Notes: generated from the letters alone by a model not told the origin. Numbered from the stretch's first letter, positions 48,811-61,947 are shown. The stretch: DNA of 64,000 nucleotides from Octopus sinensis (GCF_006345805.1 NC_042999.1:14694001-14758000), one strand, 5' to 3'. Made by a program: numbers and translations.

Positions 48811-49924
48811 ATGGAAGTGTACCAGGCTCCAATCTGATCTGGCAAGGTTTCTACAGCTGGATGCCCTTCCTAATGCCAACCACTCCAAGAGTGTAGTGGG
48901 TGCTATTTACATGCCACCGGCATGAGGGCCAGTCAGGCAGCACTGGCATAGACCATATTCAAATGGTGCTTTTTAAAATGCCACTGCACAGACCATGCTC
49001 AAATGGTACTTTTTACGTGCCACTGGCATGGAACCAGTCAGGTGGCACTGGCATCAATCATACTCAAATGGTGCTTTTTACTTGTCACCTGCATGCGAGC
49101 CAGTCAGGTGGTACTGGTAATATTTTTCTGAATAATGTAAAACTTTCTTTTCATAAGTCCCAAACTATTCTGGTTGTTGAAAGAAGTTGGGAATGAATGG
49201 TATCATACATGATGCGCGGATGCCAGGCAAATATGTCCTGCGTGTTACACATGATATCCATGTGATACAGAAACAGATAAAAGGGTTTAAAAAAAGTGAA
49301 AGTAAATTGATCAGAAGTGATGTCAAGTGAAATTCAATAATTTCATGTTAGCAATATACAATGAATTTACAGGATCAACGCCACCACTTCCCATCAGTTC
49401 TTTCTCTACAGTTCAGTAATCGCACAGCATTACATTGGTCACCTTTGACTGTGTTGACTAACATGCATCGACATGGAAGTCACTGAATTTCCTCCTCAGC
49501 ATTGTTGTTCATTACTGGGTGGCGTATGTTCAAACAGTCTACCTCAGCTACTATTTATGAAATGCTTAGGATATCAATGGAAGGTATTATATAATTAGGT
49601 ACCTGTGAATAGTGCATAATGAGGGAGTTCGGTTAATAAAAATAAGGAATAAGGCAGCGAGCTGGCAGAAACGTTAGCATGCTGGGCGAAATGCTTAGCG
49701 GTATTTCGTCTGCCTTTACATTCTAAGTTCAAATTCCGCCGAGGTCGACTTTACCTTTCATCCTTTCAGGGTCGATAAATTAAGTACCAGTTATGCACTG
49801 GGGTTGATGTAATCGACTTAATGTCCTTGTTTGTCCCCTCTATGTTTAGCCCCTCATGGGCAATAAAGAAATAAAAGTAAGGAATTTCACAAGTTCACTT
49901 TGCGTTCCCTTTATGAACTGAGAC

Positions 49925-50270
49925 ACCATAGTCATCACCTGTAGAAGAGGTAGACCCAGGAAGACATGGGGCAAAGTAGTGAAGCAGGATCATTAGATGT
50001 TGGGTCTCACAGAGGCAATGACAGGTGATTGAGACCTTTGGCAATTTTCTGTGTTTGAGAAGACTCTTCAAGCCAAGTGAAATCATAGTCATGCCAGTGA
50101 CATGTAAAAGGCACCCACTACACACTTGGAGTGGTTGGCATTAGGAAGGGCATTCAGCTGTAGAAACCAAGCCAAATCAGACTGGAACATGGTACAGCTC
50201 TCTGGCTTATCAGTTCTAGTCAAACTGTCTAACCCATGCCAGCATGGAAAACGGATGCTAAATGATTATA
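49925..50270 (+). mobile_element. RTE ORF end plus family-C 3' UTR
   Basis: CRRGRPRKTWGKVVKQD..LGLTEAMTGD.DLW..EKTLQAK* directly followed by the family-C tail. Confidence 0.85.
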
Positions 50271-50284
50271 TATATTAACTTAGT

Positions 50285-50625
50285 TTCACGATACATCTCA
50301 GAGATGTTCTGTGATGTTTCTGGGGGTCTTAGTGATTATCAGATCTCTCAACATCAGATACCCCCTTGCTCAGTTGACCCAGCTGGAATTGATTAAGCCC
50401 CAGCTTGTGTCCCAGTACCAGCAACCCACTGGTCTGCACACTTTATCCATAACCACCTAGTGACCTTCTCTGCGGCTTCAATAATAGAATTTATGCCCCC
50501 CACACACACCTCAGTGCTGCACCAGTAACTCCAAGCCTGGTCAGAGCTTTGCGGAATGAATGTCTGACAAAACTGTATCAGCTTACTGAATGCACCTGCT
50601 AGCCTCAAGTTCAGAAAGTTTTGTG
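50285..50625 (-). pseudogene. HERO-like 3' end
   Basis: IIEAAEKVTRWLWIKCADQWVAGTGTQAGA resembles the recalled HERO C-terminus. Confidence 0.7.
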
Positions 50626-50664
50626 TGCGTGTTTGTGTGCATGAGTGTACACATGCATGCATGT

Positions 50665-50955
50665 TGACTGGACTTTTTAAAGAAGTTTCCCCTTTTCAGA
50701 CCCCCCTCGGACTTTTCCAGGGAGTTTTCCACTGACTTTTCCAGGCAGTCCCATCCTCTCCCCCTCCTCAGACTTTTCCAAGAAGTGACCCTCTCCATCA
50801 TTGAACTTTTCCAGGAAGTCCTTCATCCCTTGGACTTTGAGGAATTTTTTCCATTTTTACTCCCTTGACTTTTCCATGAAGTCCCCCTCAACTCGGACTT
50901 TTCCAAGAAGTTTCCCCACAGACATTTCCAGAAAGTCCCCCTCCTCAAACTTTTC
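50665..50955. repeat. Degenerate minisatellite with GACTTTTCCARGAAGT core
   Basis: About 9-10 imperfect repeats separated by C-rich spacers. Confidence 0.8.
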
Positions 50956-53744
50956 ATTGCGACTGCTACAAGAATTGGCATGCCTATCAATTCATATTCA
51001 GGAAAATAGCATTATTTTAAGCAAATCACATTTAAAGTTGAAAAGTAATGAAATTCCTTTAAATTTTAAAACCATTTAAAATAAATTTCCATAAAACGGA
51101 TCTTAATGCAATCACAGAATCTTTTATTTATGAATGTATCAATCCAGCTGTTGCTATTACTTTGTCAAATACATAATATATACAATAAGATGGGAAATAT
51201 TATTCAAAAAGCTTTGACAAATCATGAAGATATTACTCTGGATTTGATTTTTAAAGTTATCAAATTAAAAGCTTATATGAATAAGTCTTCAATATCGATC
51301 TACTACATAAAAATGTGCTATTCTATTGAATTATTTCAACTACTGATAATATATTGATGAAATTGCCAAATGATGTGATTACTAAGGATTTTAACTTGCT
51401 AGGATTGCAATAGGATTTTCAAATTATTCATTCATCTCAAGAATTCCAATTCAAAAATGTGTGTGTGGATGTGTGCATGTATGTCTGTCTGTATGTGTTA
51501 GAAGGTTTTGAACAGCTTATTTTGAAATCCTACAAATTTCCAGGTAATACATTTAGATTTGGTTTTTGTGAAGGAACCAAATCTCATTTCTGGAATTACT
51601 ATATATCGATTCCAGTAATTTTTGTTTAAGTGGTTTCTCAGAGTTGTTTTATTTTCCTCAAAATGTTCAGAATATTTTCTTTAGAAACTTTCATAAAATT
51701 GATTATTTGAATTCATTCAATTTTTTATCTAGAATTGGACAAATTATTCTAGTAGTTAACTTTAATGACATTCTTTAAAATTTTGTTTTCAGTTAATTTG
51801 ATATTACACAGCATAACATAGTATTCAATTACATGAGGATATCTTTAAAAAAATTTAAACTGAAATTATCTGCAAGCACATTGCCATCATCATCATCATT
51901 TAATGTCAGATTTCCATGCTAGCATGGGTTGGACAATTTGACTTAGGTCTGACGAACCAGACTCCAATCTGATCTGGCAGAGTTTCTACAGCTGGATGCC
52001 CTTCCTAATGCTAACCACTCTGAGAGTGTAGTGGGTGCTTTTACGTGCCACCGGTACAAGGGCCAGTTTGGTGGTACTGGCAATGGCCACGCCCAAATGG
52101 TGCTTTTTACATGCCACCTGCACAAGAGCCAGTCCAGCAGCACTGGCGACGACCTCGCTCGAATGTTTCACGTGCCACCAGCACAAGTGCTAGTAAGGCG
52201 ACGCAGTAACGATCACACTCGAATGGTGTACTTAACATGCCATGAAGGCCAGCTTGTTGCTCTGGCAACGATCTTACTCATATGGTACTGTTAGTGCTCC
52301 ACTAGCAATGGATGCCAATCACCGAGTTTGATTTCGACTTCGATTGTAATTACATAAAATATCCTATAAATTATTGGTTGGAAATTTTGGCCCAAAGCCA
52401 GCAAGTTTCAATGAGGGTTAAGTCAATTACATCAACCTTAATGCTCAACAGATAATTATTTTTATCAACCCCAAAAGAATAAAAGGCAAAGTCGACCTTG
52501 GCAGAATTTGAACTCAGAACATAACAGATGAAATACCACAATACATTTTGTCCAGTGTGCTAATGATTCTGCCAGCTCATTACCTTAAGATACATTATAA
52601 ATTATTAAAAAGGGTTCTAGAGGGATCTCCATCAACTGAAGACCAAGTGGTCTACAATTACCATCATCCTCATTCTATGTCACTTTTACCATGCGGGCGT
52701 GGGTTGGACATTTCAAGAGGAAGCAATGAACCAGAGGACCGCACCAAACCCCTATGTTTGCTTTCACTAGGTTCCTACAGTTGGATGCCCTTCCTAACAA
52801 CTAATTTAGTGCTACAAAATTGCTTTATACAATGCAGAAAGATACTTTTTTATGGTGCAGGAGTGGCTGTGTGGTATGTAGCTTGTTTACCAGCCATGTG
52901 GTTCCAGGTTCAGTCCCACTGCATGGCACCTTGAGCAAATGTTTTCTACTATAGCTTCGGACCGACCAAACCCATGTGAGCGAATTTGGTAGATGGAAAC
53001 TGAAAGAAGCCTGTCATATATATGTGTGTGTGTGTGTGTTTGTCCCCTCACCCATCACTTGATAACCGATGTTGGTGTGTTTACGTCCCTGTAACTGAGC
53101 AGTTCGGCAAAAGAGACTGATAGAATAAGTACTAGGCTTACAAAGAATAAATCCTGGGACCGCAGTCAAATGACTGAAACAAATAAAAAGAATATAAGAA
53201 ATATTTTTAGGCCAAATTCTCTAAACTGATTAAGGATATTGTGATATTTTCTCAAATTCTTGAGATACATTGAAAACAGTTCATATAAATGGATTAGAAA
53301 AAATAATATTCAAACAAAAAATATCTGCTGTGTGGAAGATTTTGAAAGTAATTGCAACTCTTAAAGACTGTGTTTCAGGAATTCACCAACATAGTTTCAA
53401 ACTCTGTGCTTGGCACCCAACACTAAGTTGACCAAAGCTTTGTGAGTGGATTTGGTAGATGGAAACTGAAAGAAGCTCATATGTGCATATGTGTGTGTTT
53501 GCATGGTTTTGTGTTCATATTTCCCTGTTTACACATGATTGTCAATGAAGCCGTTGTATACAATCAGTGAACAGCATCATTTGTTTGCAGCCTGCCTCGA
53601 AAGCAAGTTCAGGTTCCTTGACCATGCGAATGACCATTGCAAATGAAATGCTCATTCATATGGTGCCATTTGTGTCCGGTTCTCTGATGCAAACATGTCT
53701 AGTCTGTTTGTTGTTTAATAGGCTGACAGATTATTACCTATTTC

Positions 53745-54112
53745 TTTAGGACAAACGGATTAAGTCGATTATATTAAACCCAGTGTGTAACTGGTACTTA
53801 TTTAATTGACCCAGAAAGGATGAAACGCAAAGTCAACCTCAGCGGAATTTGAACTCTGAACGTAGCGGCAGACGAAATACCTATTTCTTTACTACCCACA
53901 AGGGACTAAACACAGAGAGGACAAACAAGTACAAACGGATTAAGTCGATTATATCGACCCCAGTGCATAACTGGTACTTATTTAATCGACCCCGAAAGGA
54001 TGAAAGGCAAAGTCGACCTCGGCGGAATTTGAACTCAGAACGTAGCAGCAGACGAAATACTGCTAAGCATTTCACCTGGCGTGCTAACAATTCTGCCAGC
54101 TCACCGCCTTAT
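53745..54112 (-). mobile_element. Family-A SINE dimer
   Basis: Same GAAATAG|GTATTTCGTC junction on the minus strand. Confidence 0.88.
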
Positions 54113-54280
54113 TACCCTCATTTGGATTACAAGTGGGGGTTGGTGACAGGAAGAGCACCCAGCCATAGAAAAACACTTCCAGCAAACTTATCTAACCCAT
54201 GCAAGCATGGAAAAGGAGACTTTGAAACATTGATGATGATAAAGAATTAGCTGAGTAAATTAATATCCAACTTTACCTAT

Positions 54281-54673
54281 ACTAGCAGTATAGCCCGGCG
54301 TTGCTCGGGTTTGTTTCGACTCTTTAGAATTGAAATTTTTGAAAAGTAAAAATTTTGCATTATGTAGCTTGTTACTCTTTTTGAGCGAACATTTTTCAGG
54401 TTGAAATACACCGAAAAATGGCGACACAGAAGTCAAAAATCGTAAAAAATAGGGATTTTCATATAAGAAAAGCACCTTTTTGATGTAAATAATTTTTGGT
54501 GTTAACATGGTCTGATTTGAAATTTTTCTTCTACGGAAGGAAGAGCAAGCCTTCTTCTATCATACTCTCAATTTTGGTCAACTTGCGCTGCAGGGTCTCG
54601 GAGGAGATAGTGTTAGTTGAAGGCTACCAAACCTGCCATACACAGACAACTTCAGCTTTATATATAGAGAGAT
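54281..54673 (+). mobile_element. Helentron-associated non-autonomous element (HINE-like)
   Basis: Colinear with 28154-28829; no TSD; 5' short inverted repeat CCCGGCGTTGCTCGGG. Confidence 0.75.
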
Positions 54674-55349
54674 TAAAGGTCAACAACAATGTTTCTCAAC
54701 CATGTCCCTTGGGGTCCATATGACCCATGGTGGTCCACTTATGATTTTATTAAAATTCATGTGCACTAAATTCATTATACTTCTACAATATGCAATAATT
54801 TAACAATTCTTTTAAATACAACTCCTAATTAGTTAATTATAAAAATACAAGAGGATTTTTTAACTTGCCATTCTGTGTCTGTTTTTTTGTTTATGCATTT
54901 AACATACATTTTGTCACTTATTAAGTAATGCAACACACTGTTTTTTATTTACAGTAAGTTATTTACACACACGTACATGCACGAACCCATGTATATGTTC
55001 AAACCTGAAATAAGAATCAAAAACGGTTCTTAAGTAAAAAATGGTGATTTGCAGCATCATAGCTTTTATGTTTTAATAGACTTATTTTGGTGGTTATGGC
55101 TTCAATGTTAGTACTGCTTATTTCATCAACGCTTTAACATCCACTTTCCATACTTCCCTGGGTTAGAAGAAATTTGAAATAAAAAATCTGACAGCTGGAT
55201 ACTCTCCCTGTCACCAAAGTTCAACATCCAACTTGAAGAAAGTGACATAGTTGATTGGATAGAGTACTAGGCTACAAGTTATCATGACATGAGATCAAAT
55301 CTGATGCAGGGTTTTGCTACATTTGAGAATGGTAGGGTGGTGTAAACGG

Positions 55350-55680
55350 GCAGTGTCAGAGCTATGCCGTTGGGAACTTCGGTTCTTGGTAGGGTCACCC
55401 AAGGCCGATTGGTCTGGCACCGAGCGGTATTAGGGCCGCAGCCTGGCCAACGAGGCTCTGATAAAAATTCCAAGAGACGTCTGATCGGCAACCGCCAGCT
55501 TCAAGGTCGTTCTGTCTCTGCGTCTGTGGAGACTGTGGCAAACAGGGCATCCCGTTACTCAGGATATGCATGCGGGATGTCAGGGACTGCTTGTGAATTC
55601 AATATTCCTATGAAACTTCAAAATGAGAAGCCAGCTCAACCCGCCCAGGGTGAACGCCGTCACAAGTAAGTACACAGGGT
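55350..55680 (+). mobile_element. GC-rich RTE-type 5' UTR fragment
   Basis: AGAGCTATGCCG...TTGGTAGGGTCACCCAAGG motif, related to 16755-16900. Confidence 0.55.
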
Positions 55681-56774
55681 AGCCACTTGGGGATAGGTAA
55701 TTGTTGTAATCTTAGGTTATGTTATGTTTGAAGAAGGAGATAGCCAATTTGGTTACTACACAGGATGACAAAACTCCACAGTATGCCTCTCTTTAAGGGG
55801 GACAGTTACTTAACTTTGAACACTTAACATTTTAGACATGTTTAAAGATTAAATCATGAGTCATCTTGTAATAACAGAAGTCATGTGAAAGCTGATATGA
55901 TTCAAAGTTCAGAACTGAAAGTGAACGACAAAATAGAACACATGCAAGGCTGTTGTAGAAAATATGAACATAAGTTGCTATGTAATAGGATTATATCAGC
56001 TACAAGGTTGTCGAGAAAAACATTTGAACCAACCTCTGTGCCTGAATATATACATGTGTGTGTGTATGTCATCATCATCATCGTTTAATGCCTGTTTTTC
56101 ATGCTAGCATGGGTTGGACGATTTGACTGAGGTCTGGCGAACCAGATGGCTGCACCAGACTCCAATCTTGATCTGGCAGAGTTTCTACAGCTGGATGCTC
56201 TTCCTAACGCCAGGATACCCTTCCTAGTGCGTGCATAAGTAACTTACCGTGAATAAAAACCAGGGTGCATTGCATTCCGATACTTAATAAGTGAAAAAAT
56301 GTTGAGTAAATGCACAAACAAAAAACAGACCAAAGCTTTGTGGCAACATCATCATCTCATGATCTTTGGTTGTTGAATCACAAACTTAGCCTCCAAACCA
56401 ACGCAAAGATTTCATCCAACTATGCTTCCAACATTCTTCTTGCATCCAACATGATTCAGGCACCAATATGAACAGAAAAACAATTCTAATTTCGTCACAG
56501 GGCCAACGGTTTTGTGGGGAAGGGCAAGTCAGTTACATGGACCTCAGTATTTGATTGGTATTTTATTCTTTTATTCATTTCAGACATTTCACTGTAGCCA
56601 TGCTGGAGCACTGTCTTTAGTCAAACAAATCAACCCCAAGACTTATTCTTTGTAAGCCTAGTACTTATTCTATCAGTCTCTTTTGCCAAACTGCTAAGTT
56701 ACCAGGACACAAACACACCAACATCGGTTGTCGAGTGATAGAGGGGGACAAACACAAGCACACAAACATATACA

Positions 56775-57212
56775 TTTAGGTCTCACCAAGGAAAAGACTA
56801 CAGACCGAGACCTATGGAAGTATGCTGTGCGTGAGAAGACCCGGAAAGACCAGTGAGAACATGACCTGTGGCCTACATACCTTTCCTTCTTGGAACATCA
56901 ATGGAAATTGCAGCTGTGGTTAAGCAAACCATCCGATTGTGGCCGTTGCCAGTGCCGCCCCGACTGGCCTCCGTGCTGGTGGCACGTAAAAGCACCATCC
57001 GTTCGTGGCCGTTTGCCAGTTCCGTATGGTACCTGTGCGGGTGGCATGTAAAAAGCACCCACTACACTCGCGGAGTGGTTGGCGTTAGGAAGGGCATCCA
57101 GCCGTAGAAACCCTGCCAGATCAGACTGGGCCTGATGCAGCCTTCTGGCTTCACAGACACCAGTTGAACCGTCCAACCCATGCTAGCATGGAAAACGGAC
57201 GCTAAATGATGA

Positions 57213-57215
<3 letters not shown>
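56775..57215 (+). mobile_element. RTE ORF end plus family-C 3' UTR
   Basis: LGLTKEKTTDRDLWKYAVREKTRKDQ* followed by modules and a (GAT)n tail. Confidence 0.88.
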
Positions 57216-57256
<41 letters not shown>

Positions 57257-57704
57257 GACAGGCTTCTTTCAGTTTCTGTCTACCAAATCCACTCATAAGG
57301 CTTTGGTCGGCCTGAGGCTATAGTAGAAGACCTTTGCCCAAGGTGTTACACAGTGGGACTGAACCCAGATGCACATGGTTGGTAATCAAGCTACTTACCA
57401 CACAGCCCCTCCTGCACTTAGGTAGGTATTTTATTGACCCCAAAAGGAAGTAAGGCAAAGTGGTGTTTGGCAGGACTTGAAGTGAGAATGTAATGAATTG
57501 AAAGAAATACCACTAAGCATATTTGCCAATATTCAAATGATTCTGCTTGCTTTTGACTTACTAATCTTTTCTATTATAGGCATAAGGCCTGAAATTTTGT
57601 AGGGAGGGGTTTAATTGTGCTCTGCTGGTACTTATCAACCCTGAAAATACAAAGTTGGCATCTGCAACGCTTGAACTCAGAATATATAAAGTCAGAAATA
57701 TAAT

Positions 57705-58300
57705 CATCATCAGCATCATCATTTAGCATCCGCTTTCCATGCTAGCATGGGTTGGACGGTTCAACTGGGGTCTGGGAAGCCAGAAGGCTGCACAGGCCCA
57801 GTCTGATCTGGCAATGTTTCTATGGCTAGATGCCCTTCCTCACACCAACTACTCCGTGAGTGCTTTTTATGTGCCACCGGCACAGGTGCCAGACAGGGCT
57901 GGCAAATAGCCATGGTCGGATGGTGCTTTTTACGTGCCACCAGCACGGGGGCCATGCGAGGCTGGCAACGGCTACAATTGGATGGTGCTTTTTATATGCC
58001 ACCCGCACGGGAGCCAGGCGAGGCTGGCAACAGCCACGATTGGATGGTGCTTTTTACGTACCAACGGCACGGGGGCCAGGTGAGGCTGGCAACGGCCACG
58101 ATCGGATGGTGCTTTTTACATGCGACCGGCACGGAGGATCGTCGGGGCGGCGCTGGCAACGGCCACGTTCGTATGGTTCTCTTACGTGCCACCGGCACTG
58201 GTATCACAGCTATAATTTCCATTGATGATCAATTTCGATTCTGATTTCCACTTGCCTCAACAGGTCTTCCCAAGTGGAGTTTTGTGTCCCATAATGATAG
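57705..58300 (-). mobile_element. Family-C RTE 3' UTR with six 62-bp modules
   Basis: GTGCTTTTTACGTGCCACC recurring near 57860, 57923, 57985, 58047, 58108 and 58175. Confidence 0.9.
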
Positions 58301-59159
58301 TAATAATTTCTACCTAATTTTGGCACAAGGCCTGCAACTTTGAGGGAAGGAGAAACTCAATTACAGTAATCCCATACCATGTCGCAGTTTATTTTTAAGC
58401 TTACATCGATTCCTCCATGTTCTTTTGCATTCATAATAAAATATATACTCTTTTACTTGTTTCAGCCATTTGACTGCGGCCATGCTGGAGCACCGCCTTT
58501 AGTCGAGCAAATTGACCCTAGGACTTATTTTTTGGAAGCCTAGTACTTATTCTATCGGTCTCTTTTGCCGAACTGCCAAGTTACGGGGGATGTAAACACA
58601 CCACCGTTGGTTGTCAAGCGATGTTGGGGGGGACAAACACAGGCACACAAACATATACACATACATACAAAGACCACAAATTATTTAATCTTACATGGAT
58701 AGTCCACATTAGTTTGTAAGGAGCATAGGGCCACTTTCTCTGGACAGGACACAGGATTATTCATTATTACCAGTTGAGTGGACTGAAGCAACATAAAGTG
58801 TCTTGCTCAAGAACACAACACATCACCAGGTCCAGGAATTGAAACTGCAATTTTACAATCACAAGTCCAACATCCTAACCACTAAGCCATGCATCTTCAC
58901 TTGGTCTGATATACTACATACAAATCCTACCAGGACAGCCAATGCCTCTAGACAATTGATAATACTATTTTACTGTAATTTAACCACAACGGCATTATAA
59001 TCTATACTCAGACAATAATTAAATCTATATAAAGTTGTGATTATAATTATTATGAAGTGGTTAGCTATTGTCTCATTAATAATGTAGAATATTTATCTAG
59101 AATTAATGTAAATTGTTTCAAATAAGTTTTGTCTTTTTTTATTATCATATTGTACATCA

Positions 59160-59295
59160 TTTAAAAGCTAGGTTTTCTTTTGTGTGTGTGTATGTGTGTG
59201 CTTTATATATGTCTGCGAACATGTGAATACATATATATTCAGACACGTATACGCACATCAAAGCATACATGTGTATGCATACACACACACACACA

Positions 59296-59383
<88 letters not shown>

Positions 59384-59570
59384 TTCATAGTATCTCTTTC
59401 TCTCTCGGACACACATACACACAAATATATGTACACATGCATAGAAGTATGTATGTATCCATACATACTTTCTCAGCTGTCTACACACGCACACACACAT
59501 TTGCGTGCACATACACATACACATCTGTGCGTGTATGTGTAACACTCACCACCATACATACTCCGGAAAA
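59160..59570. repeat. Compound (TA)n/(CA)n microsatellite field
   Basis: Dinucleotide runs; the source of many spurious ORFs. Confidence 0.9.
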
Positions 59571-59869
59571 AAACACAAGACAGAGAGTGTCAGGCTGACA
59601 TATTTAGCAGTGATGTCTTGTAAACAATTAACTGTATCAAATCTGCTTTGGGGTGCCTATGAACACCAAACTAATTTTCACACTGCCTAGTTGACCTACA
59701 AAACACTCAACAGCTGAAGTAGCTGTTGTGTTATGCAGGAAAACTAGTTCAATGTCAGTAACAGAAGTCTATAATTAAGATTCTCTGCAATTGTTTACAG
59801 TGATAATTCTTTTTTTTTTTTTGTATGTCTCTTTGTATATCTTTTATCTTAGACTTAAGATATAACATT

Positions 59870-60207
59870 TCATTTTAATATTGGAAATTGCAGCTGTGAT
59901 ACCAGTGCCAGTGGCACGTAAGCGAACCATCCAGCATCGCCTCGACTGGCCTCCGTGCCGGTGGCATGTAAAAAGCACCATTCGATTGTGGCCGTTGCCA
60001 GCCTCACCTGGCCCCCGTGCCGGTGGCACGTAAAAAGCACCCACTACACTCACGGAGTGGGTGACATTAGGAAAGGCATCCAGCCGTAGAAACATTGCCA
60101 GATCAGACTGGGCCTGGTGCAGCCTTCTGGCTTCCTAGACCCCAGTTGAACCATCCAACCCATGCTAGCATGGAAAGCGGATGCTAAATGATGATGATGA
60201 TGATGAT
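59870..60207 (+). mobile_element. Family-C RTE 3' UTR with three modules
   Basis: Same tail and modules. Confidence 0.88.
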
Positions 60208-61599
60208 TGGTTTGCAAGATTCTTGATGTGAACTTGTGTGTTGAAAAAGATTTTGTTGTACCTTGGGAGGGTCATTACGCCAATGATAACACATGTACTT
60301 ATTCTGCTTCACTTGTATTATTAATAATCTTCTTGTCTTGAGACAGCATTCACCCAGGGTGGGTTGAGCTGGCTTCATTCATCCTCAATGCTGCATCTCT
60401 CACAAACCCCGACCAGACCTGGCGATTTGAGACTAACGACCGCGTGATCTCCAGCCACTCCTTATTCCAGCAGCGAACGCTGTAGATATGAGGGCCTAAG
60501 TTGGGTCCCAGATCAGCCTTGACTGGCTGATTACAAATAATAGTAAACTAAGGCAGTGAGCTGGCAAAATCATTTGCATGCAAAACAAAATGCTTAGTAC
60601 ATCTCTATGTTCCGAGTTCAAATTCCACTGAGGTCAACCTTGCCGTTCATCCTTCCATGGGTGATAAAATAAGTACCAGTCAAGCGCTGGGGTCAATGAA
60701 ACCAACTAGGCCCCTCCCACTAAAATTTCAGGCCTTGTTCTTAGAATAGGAAATATTAATAGTCAACTAGGAATCATAATCTGAATGCAGTCTGGTTCCC
60801 TTAAAAAATAAGGAGTTAAAGGCCAAAACACTTGCATGAGGTTGGCAGGGCTTCTCTCAAGACCTTCTGCTGTTCAGCTCTCCATTGAGTTTATTACAAG
60901 CTTTTCATGAATATTCTTGGTTCCTCTGTGTTATGTGCATGCGACTTGATGCAGAGAAACCAATAATATTCTCTTATTTTTGAGAAAGGAGAGATACACA
61001 TGATTTTGATATTCATGTCTTTCTCAAATATAATGGATATGCAAATGGAATGAAGATGAATCCGAAATATTATAAAATCCATGAGGTGGTCTCAGTTTGC
61101 AAGAAGCTTATCGTTAAAAATTGAAAATTAGGTAAAAAAAAAAGAAAAAAATTCACATGACTCATTAATTCATTTCATTATCACAGCAATGAACAGTTAC
61201 GAAAGATAACAGAGACTATCTATTTAGTCTTGGTATAATACCATTGAATTCAAGTGAATTCATGGCACATATCTTATAAACCTGGTTGGACAAAGATAAA
61301 TATGTTAAATATGATGCATGAATTTAGACAAGGTTAAATGTTTAAATGAATAACATTACAAACGGAGTTGGAGTTAGATACCGTATTCATTCATAGTTTT
61401 TGTCAATATAAGAAATTAAAATTTTGCCAGTCTTTTTTGAGTGATAACTTGACAGGCATGGCTGTGTGGTAAGAAGTTTGCTTCTGAACTACATGGTTCT
61501 GAACTACAATATCACTGCTGATATTGTTTTGAGAGAAAATATTCTTGTTATAGGTAATATGTGAAAAAGACACTTTTTGATTTTGAATGATTTCATTAG

Positions 61600-61693
61600 A
61601 CTGCAGGATGCATGCACTTCTGCGTCATTGCACATCAGCAACAAACACCATGATGAAAATGCACCCGCTAAAGTATACTCATGGGTTCAAAAG
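61600..61693 (+). CDS. Candidate exon (xLQDACTSASLHISNKHHDENAPAKVYSWVQK)
   Basis: tttcattAG acceptor, AAG|GTTAGT donor, non-repeat sequence, CpGs retained. A second frame is also open. Confidence 0.5.
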
Positions 61694-61726
61694 GTTAGTC
61701 TAATGAATACTGAAAATGTTCTTTAA

Positions 61727-61947
61727 CCCCTTACCCGGCAGAAACGAATATATGCGTTTTGACCGAAATCGTTTTTTTCTATCTCTGGCAAGTTAACTCG
61801 TCAAAAGATTTTAAAAGATTAAAATTCATAATAAATAAGGTTTGAAATATACCTCGAAATCACCATTCAAAACATAGTAAAATAAAACAATTAAAAAATA
61901 TGTCTGAAAAAATACATTTATTTTCAAAATAATTGTTGGATAAGGGG
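61727..61947. mobile_element. 221-bp piggyBac-like MITE, second family
   Basis: TTAA|CCCCTTACCC ... GGATAAGGGG|TTAA. Confidence 0.8.

Noticed and set aside
51501-51542. 42-nt exon GFEQLILKSYKFP
   Set aside because: The acceptor is adjacent to a microsatellite, and its phase fits only the less protein-like frame of 61600. Too weak to list.
56248-56282. Minus-strand 35-nt micro-exon with GTAAGT donor
   Set aside because: A homologous inverted copy including the splice-like signals lies at about 54866-54985, so it is part of a repeat.
57840-58200. 62-bp (and 17941-18168 42-bp) periodic arrays as CRISPR-like repeats
   Set aside because: The whole unit repeats with no unique spacers, there are no cas genes, and both arrays are embedded in RTE 3' ends in a eukaryotic context.
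59157-59690. Cluster of overlapping ORFs rich in I, Y, H, T, C and V
   Set aside because: Dinucleotide microsatellite translations; the same applies at 22310-22793 and inside family-B SINEs.
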